From NCBI GenBank assembly GCA_963850905.1, contig CAWKMU010000003.1, positions 2,080,001-2,144,000 on the forward strand: 64,000 nt of DNA, written 5' to 3'. Below are positions 10,165 through 19,498 of this stretch, piece by piece. The DNA is from an uncultured Gemmatimonadales bacterium (lineage in GTDB: Bacteria; Gemmatimonadota; Gemmatimonadetes; Gemmatimonadales; Gemmatimonadaceae). The notes beneath the pieces are model-generated. The model did no database searches and was not told the DNA's origin. It worked only from the letters and a program-made list of their open reading frames with translations. Position numbers and translations under genes: made by a program. The stretch's first letter is position 1; each line of letters starts with the position of its first letter.

Positions 10165-11190
10165 TCAGTTCCACGTGAAGCCGCGACGCATGCGCCAGTA
10201 CTCCGTGGAGGACATGGTGAGCGGCTCGAGTAGCGCGTCGAGGGATTCGCCCCAATTGAGCGCGAGCGCGCCGAGGTTGGACTCGAGATGCGAGACCGAG
10301 GCCGGGCCGACCAGAACCACATCGGCCCACGGCCGCGCCAGCGCCGCGGCGATGGCGACGGCATCCGCCGTTGTGTGCAGCTCGCTCGCGGTCGCGCGCA
10401 GCCGCTGAAGCGGGCCGGCGAGGCGAGGGTCGACGCTGAGCCCGACCAGCCGGCCGTTCGCGAGGACCTCCTTCACGACGACTCCCACCCCCGCCTCGTG
10501 TGCCTCGCGTAACGCGGACTCGGCCCCGCGCTCCAGCACGTTCCACGTGGCCTGAACGACATCGAACACAGGCTGTCCATCCCGTTCGACGTCGAGTGCC
10601 GCGCGGATGACCGGTGCCTGCCGGTCCCCGCTCACGGTCAGCCCCACGCGTATGCCCGTCGCGCGCAGGGCAGCGAGCATGTCAATCACGGGCGCATCGC
10701 GAAGCACGGTACTGTCGGCGGTGACCGAGTGAATCTGGTAGAGCGAGAGGTGCGCGCCCAACTGGTCCCGACTCTCGCGCATTTGTCGCCGGAGCGCCAC
10801 GAGCGAATGATCCTTCACCTCGTGGGTGTCGGCGTCGGCACGCCAGTCCGCCGTGTAGGTGTAGCCCCATTTCGACGCCACGACGATCGCATCACGGTCC
10901 CGACGACCTGGCCCGAGCCATGACGCGACAAACGCTTCGCCACGACCATAGGAACGGGCGACATTGATGTAGCGGACGCCCCGAGCGTACGCCGCGTCGA
11001 GCACGGCGTGCGCGCGCGCTTCCATGATCTCGGGCTCGTACCGGCCGTCGAGGTCTCGCCGGTGGTGCAGCGTCATGTAGCCCGGCCGGCCCAGCGCTGC
11101 GAGCCCGACACCCAAGCGGGACACGACCAATCCCGTCTTCCCGAGGGGCACGAGCTCCGGAGGCCCCGACAGTGTCTCTGCGGATTGCAT
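10165..11190 (-). CDS. Aldo/keto reductase
   Basis: LGKTGLVVSRLGVG, ARSYG, SKWGY, LYQIHS, QATWNVLE. The catalytic Asp position reads Asn (YINVARSYG). Start could also be 11202. Confidence 0.9.
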   Translation of the reverse strand: MQSAETLSGPPELVPLGKTGLVVSRLGVGLAALGRPGYMTLHHRRDLDGRYEPEIMEARAHAVLDAAYARGVRYINVARSYGRGEAFVASWLGPGRRDRDAIVVASKWGYTYTADWRADADTHEVKDHSLVALRRQMRESRDQLGAHLSLYQIHSVTADSTVLRDAPVIDMLAALRATGIRVGLTVSGDRQAPVIRAALDVERDGQPVFDVVQATWNVLERGAESALREAHEAGVGVVVKEVLANGRLVGLSVDPRLAGPLQRLRATASELHTTADAVAIAAALARPWADVVLVGPASVSHLESNLGALALNWGESLDALLEPLTMSSTEYWRMRRGFTWN

Positions 11191-11208
11191 ACAAGTAGAC
11201 ATTGTATG
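11188..11208. promoter_or_regulatory. Candidate operator of the adjacent MocR regulator
   Basis: CATACAA-gtagaca-TTGTATG is a perfect 7-7-7 inverted repeat in the AT-rich divergent gap between the AKR and MocR genes. Confidence 0.55.
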
Positions 11209-11265
11209 TATGTTATATGGAGGCTTGCCTGACAACACGTATACATATAATTTGAGCGCATTGGC

Positions 11266-12681
11266 ATGACAAGAGGGAGCAGGGCCACTCCGTGGAAGCC
11301 GCGCCTAGCGCACCGCGCGGGACCGGCATACCGCGCGATCGCGGATGCGCTGGAGGCAGACGTCCGCGATGGGCGCCTCACGCCCGGCGATCCACTCCCC
11401 ACCCAGCGGCAGTTGGCGCAGCTCCTGGGCGTCAACTTCACCACCGTGACCCGCGGGTATGACGAAGCCCGTCGTCGTGGCTTGATCAACGCAACCGTCG
11501 GGCGTGGCACGTACGTGGCGACGCCGCCCGGATCAGCCGCGGCCCGCGGATCCACGCCCGATCACGACTTGAGCGTGAACACGCCGCCGGCGACGGGTTG
11601 GCTGCCCGGCGCGTTCCGCGACACGCTCACCCGAGTGGCGCTGGATCCCGCCCTCGCCCGTCGGATGCTCAGCTATGACGCGCGGGTCGGTGAAGAGACC
11701 GCGCGCACGGTCGGTTCGAGTTGGCTGCGCGGGAGAGGCCTGGACGCACCCGTTGACCGCGTCGTACCGACCGCCGGCGCTCTGCATGCCTTGTCGATGG
11801 TCCTCGGCACCCTTGCTCGTCCGGGTGACACGGTGTTGACCGAAGCCCTCGCCTATCCAGGGCTGCAAAATGCGGCGTCCGCCGCAGGGGTCCGCCTCGT
11901 CGGGGTCGACCTCGACGCGGAAGGGCTGCGCCCCGATGCGCTGGAGGCGGCATGTCGGCGCCTCCGACCGGCGATGCTGTGTTGCGTCCCCTCACTGCAC
12001 AACCCGACGGCCGCCGTGATGTCGTTGGCGCGCCGGAAGCAGGTACTCGCTGTCGCGCGACGGCACGACGTGAAGGTCGTCGAAGACGACATTGACGGGC
12101 CCCTCCTGCCTGCGCCGGGCCCCGCGCCGCTGGCGACGCTCGCGCCCGATCTCGTGACCTATATCGGCAGCATGTCGAAGAGTGTGGCACCGGGACTGAG
12201 AACCGCGTTCCTGCTCGCGCCGACGGCTGACGACGCAGCACGTCTCCAGCAGACGTTGCGAGGGTCGCTGCTCATGCTTTCTCCCCTGTCGATCGCCGTC
12301 GCCGCGGCGTGGATCGCGGATGGGACGGCCGAACGTGCGGTCGTCGCGGTGCGCCGGGAAGCGACGGCGCGCGCGGCGCTGGCGCGTTCCATCCTTGGCG
12401 AGGAGCGAGTGGCCGCACCCGACGGGTCGCTCCACGCGTGGTTGCGCCTGCCTGCATCCTGGACTGTCGCGGCCTTCGTCGCCCTCGCGCAGCAGCAGCG
12501 CATTCGCGTGGCCCCGGCGGATTGGTACGTAATCGCGACGGATCTGGAGGCTGCACCCGTCCCCTCGGCCGTACGACTGGCGCTCGGCGGCGAATCGGAC
12601 CGCGTACAATTGGAGCAATCGCTGCGCACGCTCGCCGCGATTCTGGACCAGCCTGTGGGTCTTCGCGCATTGAGTCCATGA
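11266..12681 (+). CDS. MocR/GabR family regulator (GntR wHTH plus PLP aminotransferase domain)
   Basis: PGDPLPTQRQLAQLLGVNFTTVTRGY...GRGTYV; HNPT; VEDD; SMSK (PLP Lys); PGLR. Confidence 0.93.
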   Translation: MTRGSRATPWKPRLAHRAGPAYRAIADALEADVRDGRLTPGDPLPTQRQLAQLLGVNFTTVTRGYDEARRRGLINATVGRGTYVATPPGSAAARGSTPDHDLSVNTPPATGWLPGAFRDTLTRVALDPALARRMLSYDARVGEETARTVGSSWLRGRGLDAPVDRVVPTAGALHALSMVLGTLARPGDTVLTEALAYPGLQNAASAAGVRLVGVDLDAEGLRPDALEAACRRLRPAMLCCVPSLHNPTAAVMSLARRKQVLAVARRHDVKVVEDDIDGPLLPAPGPAPLATLAPDLVTYIGSMSKSVAPGLRTAFLLAPTADDAARLQQTLRGSLLMLSPLSIAVAAAWIADGTAERAVVAVRREATARAALARSILGEERVAAPDGSLHAWLRLPASWTVAAFVALAQQQRIRVAPADWYVIATDLEAAPVPSAVRLALGGESDRVQLEQSLRTLAAILDQPVGLRALSP

Positions 12682-12811
12682 GCTAGAGGCTGGACGTTAG
12701 ACGTTGGACGTTGGACGTTAGACAACCAACTTCCTGGCAAGCCAGTTGCAGCTGGGCTAGCCCCTGAAGGTCCTTTCCAGCGTCCAACGTCCAACGTCCA
12801 ACCTCTAGCTC
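12680..12811. mobile_element. 132-bp MITE/REP-like element with 31-bp terminal inverted repeats of TTGGACG heptamers and flanking TCCAT direct repeat
   Basis: Left arm GAGCTAGAGG-CTGGACG-TTAGACG-TTGGACG...; the reverse complement of the right arm is GAGCTAGAGG-(TTGGACG)x3 (2 mismatches over 31 bp). TCCAT occurs at 12675-12679 and 12812-12816. Confidence 0.7.
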
Positions 12812-12814
12812 TCC

Positions 12815-13777
12815 ATGACCCCGCCCATCTTCTATCGAACCGCGACCGTAGACGGTCTCTCCGTCTTTTATCGGGAAACCGGTCCGCTGGATGCGCCGGC
12901 GTTGCTGCTGCTGCACGGTCTGCCGTCGTCGTCGAGGATGTTCAATCCGCTGCTTACCCGGCTCGCGGACCAGTACCACATGATCGCGCCGGATTACCCG
13001 GGGTTCGGACACAGTGACGCGCCGGATGCCAAGACGTTTTCCTATACGTTCGACCACATCGCGACAATCGTCGACCGCTTCACACAGGTTGTGGAACTGT
13101 CGCGGTACACGCTGTACATGCAGGACTACGGCGGGCCTGTCGGGTTGCGGCTGGCAATGGCGCATCCCGAACGCGTGCAATCCCTGATCATCCAGGATGC
13201 CGTCGCGCACGACGACGGGCTCGGTCCGAAGTGGAAGACACGTCGCGCATTCTGGGCGGACCGCGCAACCAACGAAAGCGCGCTCCGCCGCAATTTGCTG
13301 TCTTTGGAGACGACGCGAGCTCGCCACGTCGGAAGCGATCCGAACGTCGAGCGGTATGATCCGGACCTGTGGACCGACGAGTTCGCATTCCTGAGTCGGC
13401 CGGGTCAGGCCGAGATCCAGAGCGACCTGTTTTACGACTATCGTACGAACGTCGAGTCGTACCCCGTCTGGCAGGCGTGGCTGCAGAAAACACAACCACA
13501 GCTTCTCGTCCTCTGGGGGAGGTACGAGCAGTCATTTGAAATCACCGAGCCCGAGGCGTATCGGCGTGACGTCCCCGCCGCCGAGGTCCACATTCTCGAC
13601 GGCGGACACTTCGCGCTTGACACCGCCGCGGATGAAATCGCGGCGATCGTTCGGGACTTCCTGAGACGCTCCACGATGAGTATCGGTCGTGAGACGTCGC
13701 AGGCCGGCCTACAGGTGCGCATCGACTCGGCGGCGCCGGCGACAGTGATGCGTGCTCAACCGGGTCGCGCCGACTAG
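12815..13777 (+). CDS. Alpha/beta hydrolase (epoxide hydrolase / haloalkane dehalogenase-like)
   Basis: LLHGLPSSS, APDYPGFGHS, MQDYGGP (Asp nucleophile), GGHFAL. Confidence 0.9.
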   Translation: MTPPIFYRTATVDGLSVFYRETGPLDAPALLLLHGLPSSSRMFNPLLTRLADQYHMIAPDYPGFGHSDAPDAKTFSYTFDHIATIVDRFTQVVELSRYTLYMQDYGGPVGLRLAMAHPERVQSLIIQDAVAHDDGLGPKWKTRRAFWADRATNESALRRNLLSLETTRARHVGSDPNVERYDPDLWTDEFAFLSRPGQAEIQSDLFYDYRTNVESYPVWQAWLQKTQPQLLVLWGRYEQSFEITEPEAYRRDVPAAEVHILDGGHFALDTAADEIAAIVRDFLRRSTMSIGRETSQAGLQVRIDSAAPATVMRAQPGRAD

Positions 13778-13898
13778 CGGGCTGCACGCTCGGGGCCTGA
13801 TGGTTGGGGACACCTCAGGCGATTTGACACGGATATACTCTCAAAATCTCCGCGCGGGTCTCGCGTTCCACCCGGGTTCATCGCCAGATTCGGCGACT

Positions 13899-15173
13899 AT
13901 GGTCGCCACCATCGCACCCGATATCCGGGACACGGACCCGCGCCGCTGGCGGATCCTTCTGTTGCTCGCGACGGCGGAGCTGCTCGGCATGTCGGTGTGG
14001 TTCGCCGCGAGCGCTGTCGCCACGCAACTGGCGGCGCCGTGGGCACTTTCGCGGTCGGAAACCGCGTGGCTCACGACGATCGTGCAGCTCGGGTTCGTCC
14101 TCGGGACAGCGACCCTATCAGTGCTCAATCTCGCGGACATTGTGCCGTCACGGTTGCTCTTTTCGACGGCCGCGCTGGCTGGCGCAACCGCCAACACGGC
14201 GCTGGTCTTCGCCTCGACGTATCGTGGGGCACTCCTGTGCCGGTTGCTCACCGGCTTCGCGCTGGCCGGCGTCTATCCGCCCGCGATGAAGATGATCGCA
14301 ACCTGGTTTCGCGCCCGCCGCGGTTTTGCCGTTGGTGGCATTGTGGGGGCACTGACGGTGGGGAAGGCGACTCCTTATCTCGTCCACGCGATTCCGGGTG
14401 CCGGGGTCCGGCCGGTCATACTCACGGCGAGCGTGGCGGCTGCCTTGGCGGCGTTGCTGGTGGGTGGCGGCTATCGCGATGGCCCCTATCCATTTCCCGC
14501 GCGGCGTTTTTCGTGGGGTCTCGTCGGCACGGTATTCCGGGCGCGCAGGTGGCGGCTCGCGACGGACGGCTACCTCGGCCACATGTTCGAGCTCTATAGC
14601 GCGTGGACCTGGCTCCCCGTGTTCGTGACCGAAAGCCTCATCGCGTCTGGCCTGCCACGAGACCCTCGCACGTTGAGCATGGCGTCTGCCGTCGCCTTTG
14701 CGGCGATCGCGATCGGTGGTCCCGCGTGCGTGTGGGGTGGGTGGGTGGCAGACCGACGGGGTCGGGAATGGCTGGTCACGATCGCGCTCGCGGCCAGCGG
14801 CACGTGCAGCATCCTGATCGGACTCACCTTCGGTCACGCGTTGTGGATCGTCGTCAGTGTCTCCCTGCTGTGGGGTTTTTTCGTCATCGCCGATTCGGCT
14901 CAGTTCAGTGTGCTCGTCACCGAAAGCGTTCCTTCCCACGCCGTCGGGACAGCGTTGACCGTTCAAACGTGCCTTGGCTTTCTCTTGACGATGGTGTCCA
15001 TCCAGTTGATTCCGCCGCTCCAGCAAGTCACAGGCTGGCGGTGGGCGTTTGCCGTATTGTCATTGGGCCCGGTGTTCGGCATCGCGGCCATCCGGCGGCT
15101 AGTGGCCGTCACGCGCTCGGCCGCGCAGGGCAGCCAAGCCTACGGGTCCGCGCGCGCGAGCCAGACCGTGTGA
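13899..15173 (+). CDS. MFS transporter
   Basis: About 12 TM helices; LAGVYPPAMK, GYLGHMFELY, GWVADRRGR, IADSAQFS. Confidence 0.88.
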   Translation: MVATIAPDIRDTDPRRWRILLLLATAELLGMSVWFAASAVATQLAAPWALSRSETAWLTTIVQLGFVLGTATLSVLNLADIVPSRLLFSTAALAGATANTALVFASTYRGALLCRLLTGFALAGVYPPAMKMIATWFRARRGFAVGGIVGALTVGKATPYLVHAIPGAGVRPVILTASVAAALAALLVGGGYRDGPYPFPARRFSWGLVGTVFRARRWRLATDGYLGHMFELYSAWTWLPVFVTESLIASGLPRDPRTLSMASAVAFAAIAIGGPACVWGGWVADRRGREWLVTIALAASGTCSILIGLTFGHALWIVVSVSLLWGFFVIADSAQFSVLVTESVPSHAVGTALTVQTCLGFLLTMVSIQLIPPLQQVTGWRWAFAVLSLGPVFGIAAIRRLVAVTRSAAQGSQAYGSARASQTV

Positions 15174-15748
15174 TTGCCACACTTCGGGTCATTGACCATG
15201 TGTGCCTTCACGCGGAAGCCTGTCGACTTGAGCAGTGACCGGTACTCCCTGGACGACAGGCTGGCGTGGTAAAGTGGGTCGCCTCGATATGAGCCGATCG
15301 CCTCGCCGCGCCTCGAGCCACTGGTGAACATGAGCGCGGCGCCCGGTGCTGCATGACGCTTGAACACGGCGAACATCTGGCGCTGGTCCCGGTCATTGAG
15401 ATGGAAGAAGCTGTCCCACGCCAGGATGCCGTCGAATGTCTCTCCCAGCGTCAGAGTCCGCATGTCGGCAACGATCCACCTGCTCGCGGGGAAGCGCGCT
15501 TGACCGAGGGAAATCAACGTAGGCGACGTGTCGACGCCGGTGACCGCCAACCCGCGTCCTAAGAGATACCGCGCAATCGGCTCACCTGACCCACTTCCGA
15601 GGTCCAGCGTCGTTGCGCCGATCGGCAGCAGCTGGACGAATCGGTCGAGCCACCCCTTCTCTACGCCAAGGTCGGTGCCGCGATCGGTGGCCCACTGGCG
15701 TGCGTGCCGTTCGTAGAGGTCTATGATATCGTCTGCTGGCGCGCTCAT
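15140..15748 (-). CDS. Class I SAM-dependent methyltransferase
   Basis: LDLGSGSG, GVDTS, ADMR, FDGILAWDSFFHL, LYHASL. Confidence 0.9.
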   Translation of the reverse strand: MSAPADDIIDLYERHARQWATDRGTDLGVEKGWLDRFVQLLPIGATTLDLGSGSGEPIARYLLGRGLAVTGVDTSPTLISLGQARFPASRWIVADMRTLTLGETFDGILAWDSFFHLNDRDQRQMFAVFKRHAAPGAALMFTSGSRRGEAIGSYRGDPLYHASLSSREYRSLLKSTGFRVKAHMVNDPKCGNHTVWLARADP

Positions 15749-15802
15749 ATACGAGTGAATAAGTACTGGTTTTGCCCAGGTGATCGCGGCGGGACAGTTC
15801 GA

Positions 15803-17458
15803 TTACGCGAGCTGACTGAGCGGAATCCCGACCGCCACGACTACCACCGCCCCGATGACGTTGTGCCAAAGAAACGACACCGATGGCGCACCGAACGCCA
15901 CCGCGGCGACCGCGCCCATCCCCACGAGGAGCCCTGTGAACGCGCCGACGGCCCGTGCCCGCGGTATCATCGCCAGAAGAAAGACTCCCAGGATCGGCCC
16001 GTAGAAGAACGACCCGAAGCGGTTCACGACTTCGATTAACGAGCCGAGTGTCACGGCGCGCGTCGCGATCACACAGGCGAACGCCCCCCAGAACACGGTT
16101 GCCGCTTTCGAGACCGCGAGATAATGAGAGTCGCTCCCGTCGGGACGAATCCACCGCCGGTAGAAGTCGATCACGGACGTCGTCGCGAGCGAGTTCAGCT
16201 CAGCCGCGGTCGCGGACATCGCCGCCGCCATCACCGCGGCGATGAAGAGGCCGGCGAGCCCGATGGGCAGCTCGGTGACGACGAAGTGAGGAATGATGTA
16301 GTTGACGTCACGCACGGCTGATCCCGGCCGCTGTCCCACCAGCCCCAGCGCCTCCCCACGGACCGCGGCGACTACCGAATCGCCCGCCAGGAAGGCTCGC
16401 GCGGCGCCGGCGCTCGTCACCGGATCCCGTGCGCTCGCCATCTGCTTCGCGGCGAGCTGGCGCGCGGCGAACGCCTCGTGGTAGTGTGTCTGGAGCCGCG
16501 CAAATGAGGCGGTATCCACGGCTTGCGCGCGGCGCGCGTCGGTCGGGTTGAAAAAGAGGGGCGGCTCCCGGAACAGATAGAACACGAAAACGAGCACCCC
16601 GACCAGCAATACCAGCGCCTGCAGGGGGATCTTCCAGTACGCGCTGATCAGCAGGGATGTGCGCGCCTCATCGACGGATTTTGCCGCGAGGTAGCGCTGC
16701 ACCTGGCTCTGATCGGTGCCGAAGTACGAGAGCATGAGGAAGGTGCCGCCGATCATCCCCGACCAGAACGTGTAGGTCTTCGTCAGGTCGAAGGAAAAGT
16801 CGAACGCCTGGAGCCGTCCGGCGACTCCCGCGACCCGCAGTGCGTCGTTGGGCGAGACCGGGATGCGCACCAGCAACACGACGATGAACGCGACCAGCGA
16901 GAAAGATACGAGCGCCATCTGCTTCACATCGGCCCACGCGACCGCCTGGACGCCGCCGAACATCGTATACAGGACCGTCGGCACTCCCAGCACCGCCACG
17001 GACCAGGAAATCGGCCACCCGAACACCGCGGAAAAGACGACCGCGGGCGCGGCGAGGAGAGTGCTGACCGAGAGTCCGCGAGACAGCAGAAAGAGGAAGG
17101 CCGTCAACGACCGTGTTTTCGCATCGAAACGACGCTCGAGGAATTCGTACGCGGTGTAGACCTTCGCACCGTGGAGAAAGGGGACCAGCGTCACGCCGAG
17201 GATCACCATCGCCAGCGGCAGGCCGAAGTAGAACTGCACGAACCGCATTCCGTCGATCGCCCCCTGGCCGGTCGTGCCGATCAGGGTGACAGCCGAGAGC
17301 TGCGTGGCCATGACCGAGAGTCCAACTGCCCACCACGGCAGGCTGCGATTTGCCAGCAGATAGCCCTGGAGTCCCTTTGTGCCCCTCGCTCGGCGCAGTC
17401 CATCGACCGCCACGTACGTCAGATAGACGACGATGATGATCCAGTTGATTGGATGCAT
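15803..17458 (-). CDS. Sodium:solute symporter (SSS) family
   Basis: ANRSLPWWAVGLSVMATQLSA, YEFLERRF, GGVQAVAWAD, GTDQSQVQRYL, AAAMS; about 13 TM helices. Confidence 0.93.
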   Translation of the reverse strand: MHPINWIIIVVYLTYVAVDGLRRARGTKGLQGYLLANRSLPWWAVGLSVMATQLSAVTLIGTTGQGAIDGMRFVQFYFGLPLAMVILGVTLVPFLHGAKVYTAYEFLERRFDAKTRSLTAFLFLLSRGLSVSTLLAAPAVVFSAVFGWPISWSVAVLGVPTVLYTMFGGVQAVAWADVKQMALVSFSLVAFIVVLLVRIPVSPNDALRVAGVAGRLQAFDFSFDLTKTYTFWSGMIGGTFLMLSYFGTDQSQVQRYLAAKSVDEARTSLLISAYWKIPLQALVLLVGVLVFVFYLFREPPLFFNPTDARRAQAVDTASFARLQTHYHEAFAARQLAAKQMASARDPVTSAGAARAFLAGDSVVAAVRGEALGLVGQRPGSAVRDVNYIIPHFVVTELPIGLAGLFIAAVMAAAMSATAAELNSLATTSVIDFYRRWIRPDGSDSHYLAVSKAATVFWGAFACVIATRAVTLGSLIEVVNRFGSFFYGPILGVFLLAMIPRARAVGAFTGLLVGMGAVAAVAFGAPSVSFLWHNVIGAVVVVAVGIPLSQLA

Positions 17459-17467
17459 TGTCGTGAA

Positions 17468-17566
17468 TCAGCGTGCGTAGTGCGTCTGGAGCAGCCAGAG
17501 AAGCAGCAAGCTCACGATCTCCACACCGAGCACGCTGACGAGTGTACGGCGAAACCGATTGCTCAT
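17468..17566 (-). CDS. 32-aa single-TM micropeptide upstream of the SSS gene (below the ORF-track cutoff)
   Basis: Manual translation gives MSNRFRRTLVSVLGVEIVSLLLLWLLQTHYAR*; its stop is 9 nt before the symporter ATG. Confidence 0.65.
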   Translation of the reverse strand: MSNRFRRTLVSVLGVEIVSLLLLWLLQTHYAR

Positions 17567-17779
17567 TCTGGGGTGGTCATCAGGTAGGGCAGGGCGAGCT
17601 GGGCGCTGGGCTGGACAACAGTCTACACCAGCGGAGGGCACGACAAGGGCGGGCTTGGGCCCCGTGGCGTCAAAACGCCCGAATCGTGGGTGCGTGGCAC
17701 GCCCTCGACCGGGGGCTTGCGGCCGAGGAAGATTTGGTGTCAGATACGAACGACCGCCATCTCCGACAACAGAGGGGCT

Positions 17780-19498
17780 ATGCGCTCGAACGTTCGTGGT
17801 GCCCGCCAGGGCCTGTTTGCTCTCGTACTCGCGTCCGCGACCGCCATTGCGTCGGCGTGCACGGGTATGCCCGGCTCCGGAGGTGGAGGGCGCCGCGTGC
17901 AGGTGACGGCCGATACATCGGTCGCAAAGGGCCCGCTCACAGGGCGCCTCTTCGTGTTCTTCTCGTCTGACACCACTCGCGAGCCGCGGCTCGAGGCCGG
18001 GTCGTATACCGGAAGCGTTCCGTTCTTTGGCTCAGATGTGGAGCAGTGGCGACCCGACACGGCGGCGACCGTTGACGCCCATACGCTCGGTTTTCCCTAC
18101 TCGTCGATCGGGGCGCTGCCACCGGGTGACTATTACGCGCAAGCGATGCTCGAGCCGTATACGCAATTCACGCGATCGGACGGACACGTGATCTGGGCGC
18201 ACAACGATCAGTGGGAGGGTCAGCGCTTCAATCTGTCGCCAGGAAATCTGTTGAGCGAGGTCCAGCGGGTGCACTGGGATCCGCAGGCGAGTGCGCCGCT
18301 CACGCTGAAACTGACGAAGGTGATTCCGCCCGTGACGGTGCCTGCTGATACGCGGTGGGTGAAGCGCATCAAGATCAAGAGCGAGCTGCTGTCCAAGTTC
18401 TGGGGGCAGCCGATGTACATCGGTGCGATCGTCCTCGTACCCAAAGGCTTCGACCAGGAGCCGACGCGGCACTATCCGGCCGTGTACGTGCAGGGGCATT
18501 TCGGAGAGAACGCGCCGTTCGGCTTCACCGAGCAACCGGGGAGCGAGACGCCGGAACAGCACGCGGCGCGCCTGCTCCGCACGGCGCGTGAGCCCGGATG
18601 GGAGTTCGCGCACGACTGGATGAGCGGCAACGTCCCGCCGATGGTCGCGATCACGTGGCAGCATCCGACGCCGTACTACGACGACTCGTACGCGGTCAAC
18701 TCAGCCAACAACGGACCCTACCAGGATGCCCTGCTCACGGAGCTCGTACCGGAGCTGGAGAAGCGCTTTCGCCTCATTCCCAACGCGAACGCTCGGTTCC
18801 TGACCGGTGGGTCGACCGGTGGCTGGGAGTGCGCTGCCCTCCAGATTCAGCGGCCCGACTTCTTCGGCGGGGCGTGGTGCATGTATCCCGATCCCGTCGA
18901 CTTCCATCGCAACCAGATGGTCGACATGTACGGTGATTCGAATGCGTTTGTCCCCAACAACGCGCGGCCGCCCGTGCCAGAGCGATTCATGTCGCGAACG
19001 TCCGAGGGGCAGCCACTTCTCACACAGCGGCTCATGAGCCAACTCGAGGCCGTGCTTGGCAGCAAGGCCCGTAGCGGCCAGCAGTTCGATGCGTGGGATG
19101 CGGCGTACGGGCCAACCGACAGTGCAGGCTATCCCCAGCGAGCCTGGGACCGCGCGACTGGCATCATCAACCAGGGCGCGGTCGCGTGGTGGCGCGACAA
19201 GGGGTACGATCTCACCAACGACCTCGTTCAGAATTGGGCCAAGATCGGGCCCGAGCTCACCGGCAAGATGCACGTGTATGTCGGCGACATGGACAACTAC
19301 TACCTGAATCTCGCGGTGTACCGGATGGAGGACGCGGCTGCGAAGCTGGCCAATCCTCGAGCGAACTTCACGTTCGAGTACGGTCGCCCGATGAAGCCAC
19401 ACGGGTGGCAGCCGATGACCGATGCGGAGCTCGTGCGCATGATGGCGAAGTTCCGGGCCGCACACGCCGGTGGAGCGACGGTGGCGGTGCGCGACTAG
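17780..19498 (+). CDS. Exported putative esterase (alpha/beta fold), possible lipoprotein
   Basis: GAGGGG RBS; lipobox-like IASAC; DDSYAVNSANNGPY, TGGSTGGWE, PDPVDF, GDMDNYYL, H in KPHGW. Confidence 0.85.
   Translation: MRSNVRGARQGLFALVLASATAIASACTGMPGSGGGGRRVQVTADTSVAKGPLTGRLFVFFSSDTTREPRLEAGSYTGSVPFFGSDVEQWRPDTAATVDAHTLGFPYSSIGALPPGDYYAQAMLEPYTQFTRSDGHVIWAHNDQWEGQRFNLSPGNLLSEVQRVHWDPQASAPLTLKLTKVIPPVTVPADTRWVKRIKIKSELLSKFWGQPMYIGAIVLVPKGFDQEPTRHYPAVYVQGHFGENAPFGFTEQPGSETPEQHAARLLRTAREPGWEFAHDWMSGNVPPMVAITWQHPTPYYDDSYAVNSANNGPYQDALLTELVPELEKRFRLIPNANARFLTGGSTGGWECAALQIQRPDFFGGAWCMYPDPVDFHRNQMVDMYGDSNAFVPNNARPPVPERFMSRTSEGQPLLTQRLMSQLEAVLGSKARSGQQFDAWDAAYGPTDSAGYPQRAWDRATGIINQGAVAWWRDKGYDLTNDLVQNWAKIGPELTGKMHVYVGDMDNYYLNLAVYRMEDAAAKLANPRANFTFEYGRPMKPHGWQPMTDAELVRMMAKFRAAHAGGATVAVRD

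Noticed and set aside
12680..12811. Possible CRISPR array
   Set aside because: The units are 7-bp tandem repeats without spacers, arranged as inverted arms, and there are no cas genes.
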